The position numbers were made by a program, and so were the translations under genes. Positions 12,043-24,719 of a DNA stretch of 64,000 nucleotides are shown one piece after another. The stretch's first letter is position 1, and every line of letters begins with the position of its first letter. Below the pieces are notes generated by a model. The model searched no databases. It saw only the letters and a program-made list of their open reading frames with translations, and was not told the DNA's origin. The DNA lies in contig OZ024743.1 in assembly GCA_964016885.1 (NCBI GenBank), positions 321,036,001 to 321,100,000 of the forward strand, written 5' to 3'. The stretch comes from Eledone cirrhosa. Taxonomy: Eukaryota.

Positions 12043-15000
12043 TAAAGAGAGGGGGAGGCAGAAAAAGTTAAGAGAAGGGGAAGGAAAGACGATATACACC
12101 TAATTGATAGTTGTAGTTTGGTGATCGCACTTAAGTATCCATTTATTACGATAAGCAAGGTACTAGTTAGTAGTGTGTGTGGGGGGATATAGTTAGGAAG
12201 TAAGTAATGAGGGAGATTATTTAGCGAAAAAGTGGTGTAGTAGTGGGTTCAAATTATGTTAAGTTACTTTTATTGTGAGAAAATTTATCCTTCAGTTTGT
12301 GGTTGCAGTATAACGATCGTTCGATTCTGAGTAAATTGATTTTAGATTTTAAGATATAAAAAAGTTCAAGGTTACATAATCTACAGTACTTTAATCCACT
12401 CCGATATGCACTAGCGCTGGATAATTTATTCCATTTTAGGGTGAACTGCCGGTTGCATTCACGGAGTTGCAGGGTGTTATTAGCGAGTGTAGTTACATAA
12501 CGGTGTTCAGGATGTTTAATCGAAAATCGATGACGATACCAGCGTGATTTACAGGAGGTAGTGGTTAACCCGACGTAATACCATTTCTGGTCGTTATTCG
12601 ACAGTGCATTGATAAACAATGTTGGACTCCAGGCATTTATTCTTCAATGGTATCTCTCGGGTGAGTGGCAATTACAGTTTTTGTTATGCGTAACAACTGT
12701 ACCATGGATAGGTTGGGATAACAGTACAGGTGGGATAACAGTACATACTTGTCTCCCATTTGGTGGTTGGGAAGTTGATATTACGTTATGCCTATCTGCG
12801 TCTAATATATATTGTTTTGTAGTGTTGTTTAATAATCGCTTTAAGTTAAGTTTTTTATGTGTGCTTCTAGGTTCGGTGCAGTGGAGTATGATAGCTTAAC
12901 AGTCTTAGAATTTAGAATTTTACTGTATTTATGAGAATTAGGGAAATGCTTGTTAATTAACTTAAATAATACAAAAGATAGTTTTGTACTAATCGAAGCA
13001 TTAAAAATGGGATTATACCAGACATACTTCCTACAACGTAATTTATTTGAGTTTGGTGATAATTTTCCATTATTAGTATGTCTGATGGTACTGCGTGTGT
13101 GTGTTTGTATGCCTGTGCCCCGGTTACATATCCTTCGATTTCGTGTGTTGCTATGTGTGCTCTGGTGATTCTTATCAATGTATTCTATTTTATCCCGGTG
13201 GTCAGCATTCCCCAGTACGTTATTATAGTATTCTGCATGTTCGCTGAAAATCTGAGAGTTAGACGATAGGCGAGAGATTCTAAGAGAAATACTACGAGGA
13301 ACCGATTTAATCATGGAAAGTGGGTTATTCGAGTTGTAATTAATATAGGTAAGGTTCTCGTTTATCTTGTGGAGGGGTCGTATCAATTCTATGTTCAAAT
13401 TAAGAGTTACGTCTAGAAAATTGACTTCTTTAAGGTTGTATTCGTACGTTATTTTCAGACCCAGTTCGCTAAAAGATTTCCTAATGTTTTTGCGTAGCCT
13501 TTCAATATTCTGGTTATTTAAGTTATTAACTAATAGAAGCGCGTCGTCTCTATATATTCCCCCCTGTAGATTATTATATGTTCCATGTAGTATGTGAGCT
13601 ATGTAAATTCCCACAAGATCCGTGACCTCCGCTGAATCATTGGAGCCCATGGTAATGTCGAAGTTTATGGGTCTGTCCCTACGTTCCCAGTAGCAGTTAT
13701 CAAACTTGATAATAGTTTTCCTAGCCTCTAGAATAATATTAATTTCGACCTCCGTTAGGTCGGAATTGACTTTGGCAAACGATAGGGCCTTACGTAAAGT
13801 ACTGGGTGAGATCGAAGAGTAGTATTCATCTATATAGAATTGTATAAACTTAGACTTACTCTTGTTATTAACGTTCTTAAACCAGCGAATTGCTTCGCTA
13901 GTGTTGCCCCATAATTTAATTTCTATTTTCTTTTTCAATTGAGTTATTACCCTGTCAAGTATATGCTTGCTAATGTTTCCTATGTCTGATTTAGAAGGGC
14001 ATATAAGTCTAATCTTAGGGTTAGAGTCAAAATTTACCTTATGGTCCTTCAGGTTAAAGGTGGGGTGGCGGGTATAATCGGCTCGGTTCTATCGTCTATC
14101 TTGAGATTTTTCACTATTTTATATGCTTCGTTTTTAATGTTCGTTAGTGCAGTTTCACTTGTTTTTCTATATTTCTTATTTAGTTTCTGGCGTATGAAGC
14201 TGTTGTATGTATCGATATGCATGTTATACAGATTAGAGGTCTTATATGCTTTCGCAACAATTCCTTTGGTATTTTTCAGTCTTCCGAGTAGTGCTTACAT
14301 GTCATTCTGCAGCGCACTCCTTCTATGTTTAGTAAACTTGATCTTCATGATCATATTCATCAAGTCTTGTTCGAAAGCATCGAGATGGGGGTTTGTAGGT
14401 GGGTTTTTACATGATCCAAAGCCATATGATTCATTGATTGATCCAAACAAGTGACTTGCACGTCCTTTATCGAAATGGAAAGCTTTCCCTCTTACGCGCC
14501 GAATAAAGTCGTTAGTACGTTGTATCATACCAAGAATGTATTCCCTTTTGTTACGTATAGGTATGTTTTTAAGGGACATACCTATATGATGCTTTTCCAT
14601 ATACTGCCGTATGTCGGTGTGGTTGCTCAACTGTGCAGGAGGCGATTATTAGGTTGTGCAAGAAATGATTAGGATTATCCTGAATGCAGTAATGGTTAAT
14701 TACTACACTAGATAGAGTCGACGTACGGTGAGGGTTACTCAACGAGTTACAAAAGAACAGTTAAAGAAACTCGGTTTCCGATTCTTCTATATTCCGGCGT
14801 GTAGATAAAGAATGATTAATAAAACAGGTAGACATCATAAAAAGGTAATTTATTCCGAGTGTTTACAAGTGTTTCTTTAGTAGTTACACAAATCCAGCCA
14901 TTCGTTCTGAAGAATTGGTGGTACGAACAGCATTTTTTAAATTGAGTATCTGCAAATAAATAACTACCAATTTGCATATAGTATGACTAGGCTGTGTAAA

Positions 15001-15905
15001 TAATTTCACTCATTACTTACTTCCTAACTATATCCCCCCACACTACTAACCAGTACTTTGCTTATCGTAATAAATGGATACTTAAGTGCGATCAGCAAAC
15101 TACAACTATCAACTCGGTGTATATCGCCTTTCTTTCCCCTTCTCTTAACCTTTTTCTGTCCCCTCATTCTCTCTCTCTTTCTCTCTCTCCCTTTCTCTCT
15201 CTCTCTCTCGCCCTCTGTCTATCTCCCTCCTTCTCCACATCTATCAACCTGCTCTCTGTGGCAATAAATATTTCCAAACTTGACAATATCAACACAATGC
15301 CTAAGTTGTCACTTTGAGAGTAAGCAGCATAATAAAACCACTTGTTGGATTCCTATCACAACATTTAGATTAAGCTATCTGTATTCTTCAAACCACTCTC
15401 TCTCATTTCTCCTACCCCTACATCTCTCTCTCTCTCACTCTATCTCTCTCTCTCTCTCTCACCCTCTCTCTCACGCTCTCTCTCCCTCTCCCTTTCTTTC
15501 TCTCTTCCTTTTCTACTCTATCTTCCCCAATTACTCCCTTTAAGAAATACAAAGAAACCATAATCCAGCCATTCGTTATGAGAATTGGTGGTAAGAACAG
15601 CATTTGAAAATTGAGTATCTGCAAATTAATAACTACCAATTTGCATATAACATGACTAGGCTGTGTAACTACTAAAGAAATATTTGTAAACACTCGGAAT
15701 AAATTACCTTTTTATGAAGTCTACCTGTTTTATTAATCATTCTTTATCTACACGCCGGAATATAGAAGAACCGGAAACCGAGTATCTTTAACTGTTCTCT
15801 TGTAACTGGTTGAGTAACCCCTCACCGTACGCCGACTCTATCTAGTGTAGTAATTAACCATTACTGCATTCAGGATAATCCTAAGCATTTCTTGCATAAC
15901 CTAAT
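11730..15905 (-). mobile_element. Near full-length frameshifted PLE (Hydra-like), ORF remnants 12254-14630, with inverted UTR copy at 15005-15905
   Basis: SLKNIPI N-terminus, [38 protein letters not shown]. 15005-15480 is the reverse complement of 11730-12220; 14645-14890 is the reverse complement of 15660-15905. Confidence 0.88.
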
Positions 15906-15917
15906 ATATATATATAT

Positions 15918-17165
15918 TTAAAATGAAACGAAATTTCCTTTCTCACTCTTAGTACTTTTGTTACTTAAATATAAGTATGTATACGTACATACATATATGT
16001 ATACAGACGTACAGTAGTATGTGTATATATACATACATGCACACATATATATATGTACGTATAGATTTACAGAGCATTTATTATAATGCTCGGTTTGTTT
16101 GTAAACAAACATCCCGAATTAAGCCGTACAGTGTTTAGCAACCATCGTTGACCTTTTGCTCAACATTGACAAAGGAACGATGTACTAGTTTCAAGCTTAT
16201 TAGCTATCGTCAGCACCGTATACCTTCCTGCCAGATGATTGAACGTCTGAAAGTATATACTTTCCTTATGCATATTAACGGCTGAGCAGCCTAATTTGCA
16301 TATCGAGTGAGTTAATCGGCCGGACGCACCGAAAGCGATAAATGGAAAAAATGGAACGAAATTTTATTTTTCACTCTTAGTAGGGCTGTTACTTAAATAT
16401 AAGTATGTATACGTACATACATATATGTATACAGACGTACAGTAGTATGTATATATACACATACATGCACACATATATATCTGTACGTATGGAGTTACAG
16501 AGCATTTATTATAATGCTCGGTTTGTTGGTAAACAAACATCCCGAACTAAGCCGTACAGTGTTTAGCAACCATCGTTGCCCTTTTATTCAACACTGACAA
16601 AGGAACGATGTACTAGTTTCAAGCTTATTAGCTATCGTCAGCCCCGTGTAGCTTCCTGCCAGATGATTGAACGTCCGAAAGTATATACTTTCCTTATGCA
16701 TATTAACGGCTGAACAGCCTAATTTGCATATCGAGTGAGTTAATCAGCCGGGCGCACCGAAAACGAAAAATGGAAAAAATGAAACGAAATTTCATTCCTC
16801 ACTCTTAGTACAGCTGTTACTTAAATATAAGTATGTATACGTACATACATATATGTATACGTACAGTAGTATGTATATATATACATACATGCACACAATC
16901 ATCTGGCAGGAAGATATACTGTGCTGAGGATAGCTAATAAGCTTGAAACTAGTTCATCGTTCCTTTGACAGTGTTGAACAAAATGGTAACGATGGTTGCT
17001 AAACACTGTACGGCTTAATTTGGGATGTTTGTTTACAAACAAACCGAGCATTATAATAAATGCTCGGTAAATCCATACGTATATATATATGTGTGTGCAT
17101 GTATGTATATATATACATACTACTGTACGTCTGTATACATATATGTATGTACGTATACATACTTA
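15918..17165. repeat. HHR-containing array of about 428-bp units (about 2.3 copies) plus inverted arm, flanked by (TA)n
   Basis: Repeat starts at about 15920, 16350 and 16780; orientation flips at about 16897. HHRs at 16177-16219(-), 16604-16647(-) and 16921-16960(+). Related to 43766-45287. Confidence 0.85.
16177..16219 (-). ncRNA. Minimal type-I hammerhead
   Basis: acggtg CTGACGA tagct aata agctt GAAA ctag TA catcgt. Confidence 0.85.
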
Positions 17166-17216
17166 TGTATATATACAAATATATATATATATATATACAT
17201 ATATATAGAGAGAGAG

Positions 17217-17485
17217 AGGTAGAACACTGGAAGGTAATATCTGTAGTGGTAGAGCACTCAGTCCATGGAATGAGTTTGGTAGAAGTAGTAACACAACAGT
17301 TACTTCACCATACCGAAAACAATTGTTTCACCTTAGCGGATCTTCAGTCCGAGCCGAAGATCCGCTAAGGTGAAACAATTGTTCTCGGTATGTTGAACTA
17401 ATTGTTGAGTTACAACTTCTACCAAACTCATTCCATGGACTGAGTGCTCTACCACTACGGATATTACCTTACAGTGTTCTACCTA

Positions 17486-17486
<1 letters not shown>
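17217..17486. mobile_element. Fold-back of two pLTR ends joined at their hammerheads
   Basis: Imperfect palindrome centred at about 17350; arms match 1381-1510. HHRs at 17314-17351(-) and 17349-17388(+, core CCGAAGA). Confidence 0.85.
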
Positions 17487-17549
<63 letters not shown>

Positions 17550-17550
17550 A

Positions 17551-17586
<36 letters not shown>

Positions 17587-17607
17587 ATGCGTGTGTGTGT
17601 GTATATA

Positions 17608-17665
<58 letters not shown>

Positions 17666-17676
17666 ATATATATAAG

Positions 17677-17715
<39 letters not shown>

Positions 17716-17734
17716 GCGTGTGTGTGTGTATATA

Positions 17735-17819
<85 letters not shown>

Positions 17820-17899
17820 ATATATATAATGTGTCTGTGTATATATATATATAATTACAGGCGAAGAGTTAGGCTGTGTTGTTATTCAAAACGAAGTGT

Positions 17900-18693
17900 T
17901 AGAAGGTAAACGGAACTTAAACAAGAGAAGAAAAGTATCTCTTTATCAACTGTTTACTACAAATCATAGATGTTTCTGCGCTTAAAACAGCACATCGATC
18001 TGTAGCGCGCCCATGGCCTTTTCTCCATAAAAAGGTCATGAGGGAAAGAAGTGATGGTGAAGAGAGAGGAAGAAGAAAAAAAGGAAAAGAAGAAAAACGA
18101 AGTAAACATACCGACATAATTTGGGACACAGGACAATGGCACATATATGTAAAGTAACCGAAGAGAAAGTGGAATAAGTTATAGCACGCCGACTCTCTCT
18201 CTATCCATTTGGTTGTTTTTGGCCTGGCCACACGTGTCGTAAAACCCTTTAGGATTAACTCCCTTTCCCTTCTCCCTCTCTCTGTCTCTCTTGGTCCCCC
18301 CTCCCTCTCACTTCCGGTTTCTCCGACTTCCTCTCTCTCTACCCTCAAGTTACTGAGATCGCCACGGAAAAATCTTGCTCCGCTGTTATCACCGCCAACG
18401 GGCTTATAACCATTGGCGTTCTATAACGTATTCCACTTTCTCTTCGGTTACATTACATACATGTCCCATTGTCCTGTGTTCCAACTTATATCGGTATGTT
18501 TACTTCGTTTTTTCCTCTTTTCCTATTTTTTTCTTCTTCCTGTCTCTTCACTCATGGCCTTTTGATAGATAAAAGGCCATGGGTGCGCTACAGATAGATG
18601 TTCTGTTTTAAGCGATGAAACATCTATGATCTGTGGTAAACAGCTGATGAAGGGATACTTTTCTTCTCTTGTTTACGTTCCGTTTACCTTCTA

Positions 18694-18698
<5 letters not shown>
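17900..18698. mobile_element. Fold-back non-coding element with inverted arms of about 280 bp, between (TA)n tracts
   Basis: gttagaaggtaaacggaac..ccatggcc is the reverse complement of ggccatggg..gttccgtttaccttctaac. A related single arm lies at about 27627-27930. Confidence 0.7.
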
Positions 18699-18783
<85 letters not shown>

Positions 18784-20264
18784 TTAAAAATATTAATAAA
18801 TGAAAAATATTCTCATAACCAAAATATATATTCTATTATACATATTTCAAAGGTAAAATGGTGTTTCAGTACGTTTTCATCAAATAAAATATATGAGAGA
18901 TTGGATATGTGACATACCGCTAAGATTTTGATTATTCAATCCCTGTAGTGGTAATAATTTATTTCACCAACCCTCAACTTTTATATACCACAAATAATAT
19001 GACAAACTTAGAGAAGAAGAGGACGTAAAGCAAGGTAGAAATATAGAAGGGGAGTTGAAAGGGAAGATGGAAAGAAAAAAAAAGAAGGGAAATAAAGAAA
19101 AGAAGAAAATGGAAGATGCAGATAGAGAAGAGAAGCTAAATAAAGAAAAGAAGAAAAGGAAAGGATAAAATAAAGGGGGGAACAAAAAAAAACCGTTGTA
19201 TTCAAATGCTAGAAAAAATTTTAAAATCTTTCCTATTATTTATCAGTGAATACCGCTTGTATTGGATTACTATTTAGTTAATTATAAGTTTATATTATAT
19301 CCAGATTATTAGGCATAGATTAATTTCTATAGCAATCAAATATTTAAGTTTATTACAAATTTATATGCTTAAATTAATTTAATTTAGCTCATTCTAGATT
19401 ATGACAATGTTTTATTATAAGGTAAGATATTCTACATTAAAACAATTTATCTTTAATGCCTAATTAAATAACTATTAAATATGTATTAAAATATATTAAA
19501 ATGCATATATCCCCATCAATATATATAGTATATTTATTTCATTTATCATCTAAATTAATTCAAATTTCACTTCATGTGAAATTTCGTTATTTTTTTAAAT
19601 TTTCATTTATTTTTAAAAATCTAACTGTGGTTATATTTACTCTCCATAAAATTTATTTCACTTAATGAATGGTTATATTTACTTCAATACTTAATTATTC
19701 AAATATATATAGTTTAATTTTAATGATAGTCTATGTATTATTGAACTATTCATTATTATTTATTAATCTATATTTTATATATATTTTTTCTCAAGCTAAT
19801 AAGATTTGCGGACAATGTAAAAGGAAGATAAACCTTTTACAAAGTAAAACATTTTATAACTTAGAAGGAATCTCTTCCCTCGCGTCCAGCGATATTTTAA
19901 GAACTTCAACATATCTAATGTACATATCTTAATTGGTGTCTAATTAAATAGTGAGCTATCCTAATCAATTCTTAGGATAAAAAATCTCTCAATGAGGTTA
20001 TGCTATTACATATACATATCTATAAATTATTACTTCAATTAGGCAAAATTTACATATATTCAAGGTGTTATTTGTCCTTATTTTTTTGGAACTGGTACAT
20101 TGCCTGAAAAGTCTTACCAATTTTATGATGACAACTACTAAATATTTTTCATTTATTAATATTTTGAATAATATTAAATACTCCAGAAAAATAACTGCCG
20201 AGTGCTTCTAATCTATTGTAAAATTGAATTCGTTGAATAATCAACGAACCATATCCACTTTTGG

Positions 20265-20296
<32 letters not shown>

Positions 20297-20301
<5 letters not shown>

Positions 20302-20582
20302 CTGAGTGTTTCGAATATTAATAATAATATTCGATTCGTTTGCAATTATGCAGTTCTGTTTACATGCCAACAAAAGAGCAAGAATCACGGTGTCATTCTA
20401 CTGACATGGCTTTAAAGAGGCTGTTTGCATAATTGCAAACGAATTGAATATCATTATTGTTAATATTTGCCTTTCATCCTTACGGGGTCGATAAAATAAA
20501 GTACCAGTAATGCACTGGGTAATTTCTGGCCTTGTGCCTAAAGTAGAAACAATTATTGTTAATATTTGAAAAGCTCAGATTA
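20297..20582. mobile_element. MITE-like inverted-repeat element interrupted by a SINE fragment
   Basis: aatctgag..aatatt..attcgtttgcaattatgca pairs with tgcataattgcaaacgaat..aatattt..ctcagatt. Confidence 0.55.
20470..20551 (+). mobile_element. 5'-truncated SINE with 17-bp target-site duplication
   Basis: cctttcatccttacggggtcgataaaataaagtaccag..ggccttgtgcc, flanked by attattgttaatatttg at 20453-20469 and 20552-20568. Confidence 0.8.
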
Positions 20583-20595
20583 CATTTATTGTATT

Positions 20596-21341
20596 CAGCG
20601 ATGTAGAGCGATAAACTATTTGTTTGTTACATATATAATATAATAATACAAGGACGATTTGTTTGTTACATATATAATATAATAATACAAGGACGATTTG
20701 TTTGTTACATATATAATATAATAATACAAGGACGATTTGTTTGTTACATATATAATATAATAATACAAGGACGATTTGTTTGTTACATATATAATATAAT
20801 AATACAAGGACGATTTGTTTGTTACATATATAATATAATAATACAAGGACGATTTGTTTGTTACATATATAATATAATAATACAAGGACGATTTGTTTGT
20901 TACATATATAATATAATAATACAAGGACGATTTGTTTGTTACATATATAATATAATAATACAAGGACGATTTGTTTGTTACATATATAATATAATAATAC
21001 AAGGACGATTTGTTTGTTACATATATAATATAAGAATACAAGGACAATTTGTTAAGCCTTCATTACGTTTATTGTTTGGTGACGCGCGTTTCGCTATTGA
21101 TCAGATCAATTTTCGAGCTAAACCGACTCTGGAATAAAAAAAAAACTCGTCGGACCTCTGCTGGTCATTACAACAGTAGATTCCCGACGAGTTTTTCATT
21201 CCAGAGTCGGGCCAGATCAATACAGATCGAACTTTGAGCTGATCAACGGCGAAACGCGCGTCACCAAACAATAAACGCAATGAAGGCTTAACAAATCGTC
21301 ATTGTATTAATATTACACTCTGTCTAGCTCTACACCTCGCT
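20596..21341. mobile_element. Fold-back element (arms about 21025-21155 and 21185-21315) whose left arm includes the minisatellite
   Basis: tttgttaagccttcatt..gacgcgcgtttcg pairs with cgaaacgcgcgtc..aatgaaggcttaacaaa. GAAA cgcgcg TC resembles the 3' half of an HHR. Confidence 0.65.
20618..21046. repeat. 39-bp minisatellite, 11 copies
   Basis: atttgtttgttacatatataatataataatacaaggacg repeated with period 39. Confidence 0.97.
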
Positions 21342-21600
21342 ATTGACATGACATTAAACATCGAGTGCTCATCTGGGTGACCCTACAGTAACTTCAAGTT
21401 ACACTGTGTATGTGTGTGTGTGTTTATATAAATACACACACACGTATATATATATATATATATATAGGTTTGTTCGTTCACCACTGGATAGAACTGGTCA
21501 TTCTGTAGAGTCAACTTTGATGTAAAATTAGGAAAAGCACTCGACATCTTCGTTTATGTTGAATCCTGTTGGTGGTGCGAGAACGGAGTTAATTATTAAT

Positions 21601-23174
21601 TGAGTAAAATGACAGGAGGCTGGACTAGTGAAATTCCGTAAAGATTTATTATAAACACTATGCACATTTCAATGACCGAGTTCTGCAAGAACCCGGTGAC
21701 ATCATCAGGTGTTACGAAATTTATCTGATAAAGGAATATAATAATGGGAGACACAATCCAAGGGGCTGAAAAGTAAGAGAGAAATGTTTAAGACCTGAAG
21801 AGCCAGCACTTGTCAGCCTGGGTGACCGCCTTCAAATGAGGAATCTACTTAATTTCGTCTTGTCGGTCTGGTCAGGGGGCCTTATGCTTATAGTGCATAT
21901 CACTACTACCATGCTATGGACACATGCTAGTGGTGAGATCAGGTTATATAGAAGAAACATTTTTTCGTTGGCGTTAATCAAAAGTACTAAAAAATACTAA
22001 AAAGTATAGTGGACGGATATACAGTCAGAACCAGAACCCAAAAGGTTTTAATGTAGAGTTAGAAATTACAATTAAAGATTAGAAATGTAAAATTTAGGTT
22101 TAAAATTGAAAGATATAATTTAAAATAAGATTAAAGATTAAAAAAGTAAAATTTTGGTTTAAAATTGAAAGATTTAGTTAAAGAATTTGTAGAAGGAAGC
22201 ATTTATGTAAAAGTTAACTATAATAAAGTTTTAGGGTATAATTTAAAGTTAAGATCAAAGATTAAAATTGTAAAATTTAAGCGTACTGCTTGTTGGTCAA
22301 TAACCAGTGACGCGTCACAGCCAGCCGATCATCCAGTGTATACCAAGCGATTATTAGTTATTCACAGCAGTGGTGTGAAGTTTAAAAGTAGCAAAATTTG
22401 ATTAAATAGGCCAAGGAGCTATACTCAATCCCAGTTAGCCCGGGTTCCATGTGCAGTCCAGATTTGAACTTATACGGGGACTAAATCATATGTTGAGTGA
22501 GTCCTGAGTGGGTAGGGGAGTAATTAAAGATAAACAGATATAAAGGGTATAGAAATTAATATTCTAGTGTCGCGTAATAATTTTAGGTAACAGATGAGTA
22601 AAAGGATAAGTATATAAGCAAAATAAAATGCAGTCATATCCAAACTGGTAATCGTGGGAGTAAAAATGGAAGTAAAAAAGAAAATATCGAAGAAATCAAA
22701 ATACAGAAGAAATAAAATTAAATACAAATCAAGGTGTAGCAAATAAAGAATTGTTATAAATATACAAGATAGAAGAGTAGGAGTGGTATCAGGTGATACG
22801 TAGTGTAGGTTCGAGTGTTAACTATTAATGTGGAACCTAAAAGCTATGAAATATAGGATATATAATTCATTCAATACAATACAGGGTATAATAGAATATG
22901 TTGATTGTTCGAAGAATCTGTGAGGAATGACGGAGTTTGAGTGTTCCTGATAGGGAACTAGCAAGGTACAGTGACATCATCAGGTGTTACCAAATTTATC
23001 TAATAAAGGAATATAATAATGGTAGACACAATCCAAGGGGCTGAAAAGTAGAGAGAAATGTTTAAGACCTGAAGGCGGCCAGAGCTAGTAGTTACCAGCC
23101 TGTGTGACCTCCCTCCAGTCTATAATAAACCTTTAAGGAATTTCACCAGTCCAGCCACCTGTCATTTTACTCAG
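21601..23174 (-). mobile_element. PLE-type 3' UTR remnant with direct pLTR repeat and short inverted end
   Basis: 21696-21835 is repeated at about 22972-23115; 23121-23173 is the reverse complement of 21601-21652; HHR present. Confidence 0.6.
21654..21713 (-). ncRNA. Type-I hammerhead
   Basis: aacac CTGATGA tgtc accgggttc ttgca gaactcggt catt GAAA tgtgca TA gtgtt. Confidence 0.8.
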
Positions 23175-23179
23175 AACAT

Positions 23180-24493
23180 ATATACACGCACTCACTCTAT
23201 CCACACACCCTACTACCACTACTAACCCTCACCCACACATCCACTCTGACCACCCCACAACATCACTAACCTCCCCCCGAACCCACGCACACGAACACAC
23301 ACAATCACACACACACACACCCACACCTATGTACACCACCCACTCCACACACCCAACCACCACTAACCCCTATACACCCGCTTTCAACCCTTTCCCCACC
23401 ACAGGTAATACCCTCTTTACCACACACACACTCATCCAAACACGCACACACCTGTACACTACACTCCCTCCTCCGTCCCCAACACCTTTTCTCTCCCTCT
23501 CCCTCTCCCCGCTCCACCAACACCCCTTCACACACACACACATCCCACTAACACCTCTACTAATATCCACCCCATCCCCCACATCACCACCTTCCCCCTC
23601 CACGCTTCACACCTACCCATCCTCTTCCCTGTCGACCGCACCTCCGCACACACAGACACACACACAGTCCTCACCACACTGACCGTTTCTCCACCTGTCA
23701 TCCTCCTCTACTGCTATCTCTTCACCCTGCCTGACCCTCTGACCACTTCCTGTTGCGCGCGCACCCCACTTCCCTCCACTTCCGACACCACCAACATTGG
23801 ATTCTACACTACCGGTCATCGTTCCAGCCATCCACTCCATAACATGAAAAATATCCAGCACCTCTTCGCATACTCCACGGAACTACCTTAGGAACTTACC
23901 CACGAACGTTTATTTCGCACCACGCCACTTACATCCACACCACGTATAAACACAAACACACACGTGCGTACCCCCACATATACACACTCAGCCTCCGGAA
24001 TCCACACGCCCCATCCCCCACCCCATTACCCCTCTCCTTCCACACGCACGCACACACCAACTTACAAACCACCCAACGCACACACCTTTTGCTGAACATG
24101 AAACCTCGTTCTTCCCCCAACTATTACATTCACATACACACGCACACACACGTACACCTACACACATACACAAACACCACCTTCAGCCGTCCCCGCTTCG
24201 AGCCCCCACCTCCCTATCCCAACTCCACCCGCCACAACCCTTACACGCCTCACACCCTTCCACCACTTGTTTATTTTTATGTTTATTTTTATTTTTATTC
24301 GTTCTCCTTCCCCCTTTTTCTAAATGTCTTTCCACCCCTCCTCTACACACCCTCGGAACTCTCTTCCTAACCTATTTTCTCCTGAAGAAGGGCTTATGCT
24401 CGAAACGTCTCCCCCCTCCCCCTCACTCTCAAGAGCGTGAACCTAATAAACCTTTATTTGTCTGACTCTCTGTTTTTGTTCCCGTTCAAATTT

Positions 24494-24498
<5 letters not shown>
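23180..24498 (+). mobile_element. C/A-rich 3' UTR of a PLE ending in (TA)n, with degenerate HHR
   Basis: CTGAAGA agggcttatgctc GAAA cg TC at 24382-24409 (stem I does not pair). 23455-23660 is homologous to the sequence following the GIY-YIG fragment at 37463-37650. Confidence 0.6.
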
Positions 24499-24578
<80 letters not shown>

Positions 24579-24719
24579 GTACACAGATAAATCCACCAAT
24601 TAATGGTAGGGTCCAAGCCGTATGAAGAACTCAATGTAATCCGTATGTAGAAGTTGTCGTGAAGCAAAGTTTAAAATACAAGATTTCAACGATATAATTC
24701 ATTGGAAGTAGTCAAAATA

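Noticed and set aside
14895-15000. CTGAAGA within a cagcc/ggctg stem as an HHR
   Set aside because: No GAAA-stem III-UH follows, and the twin copy at about 15575 lacks the core.
20618-21046. 39-bp repeats as a CRISPR array
   Set aside because: Contiguous repeats with no spacers, eukaryotic context, no cas genes.
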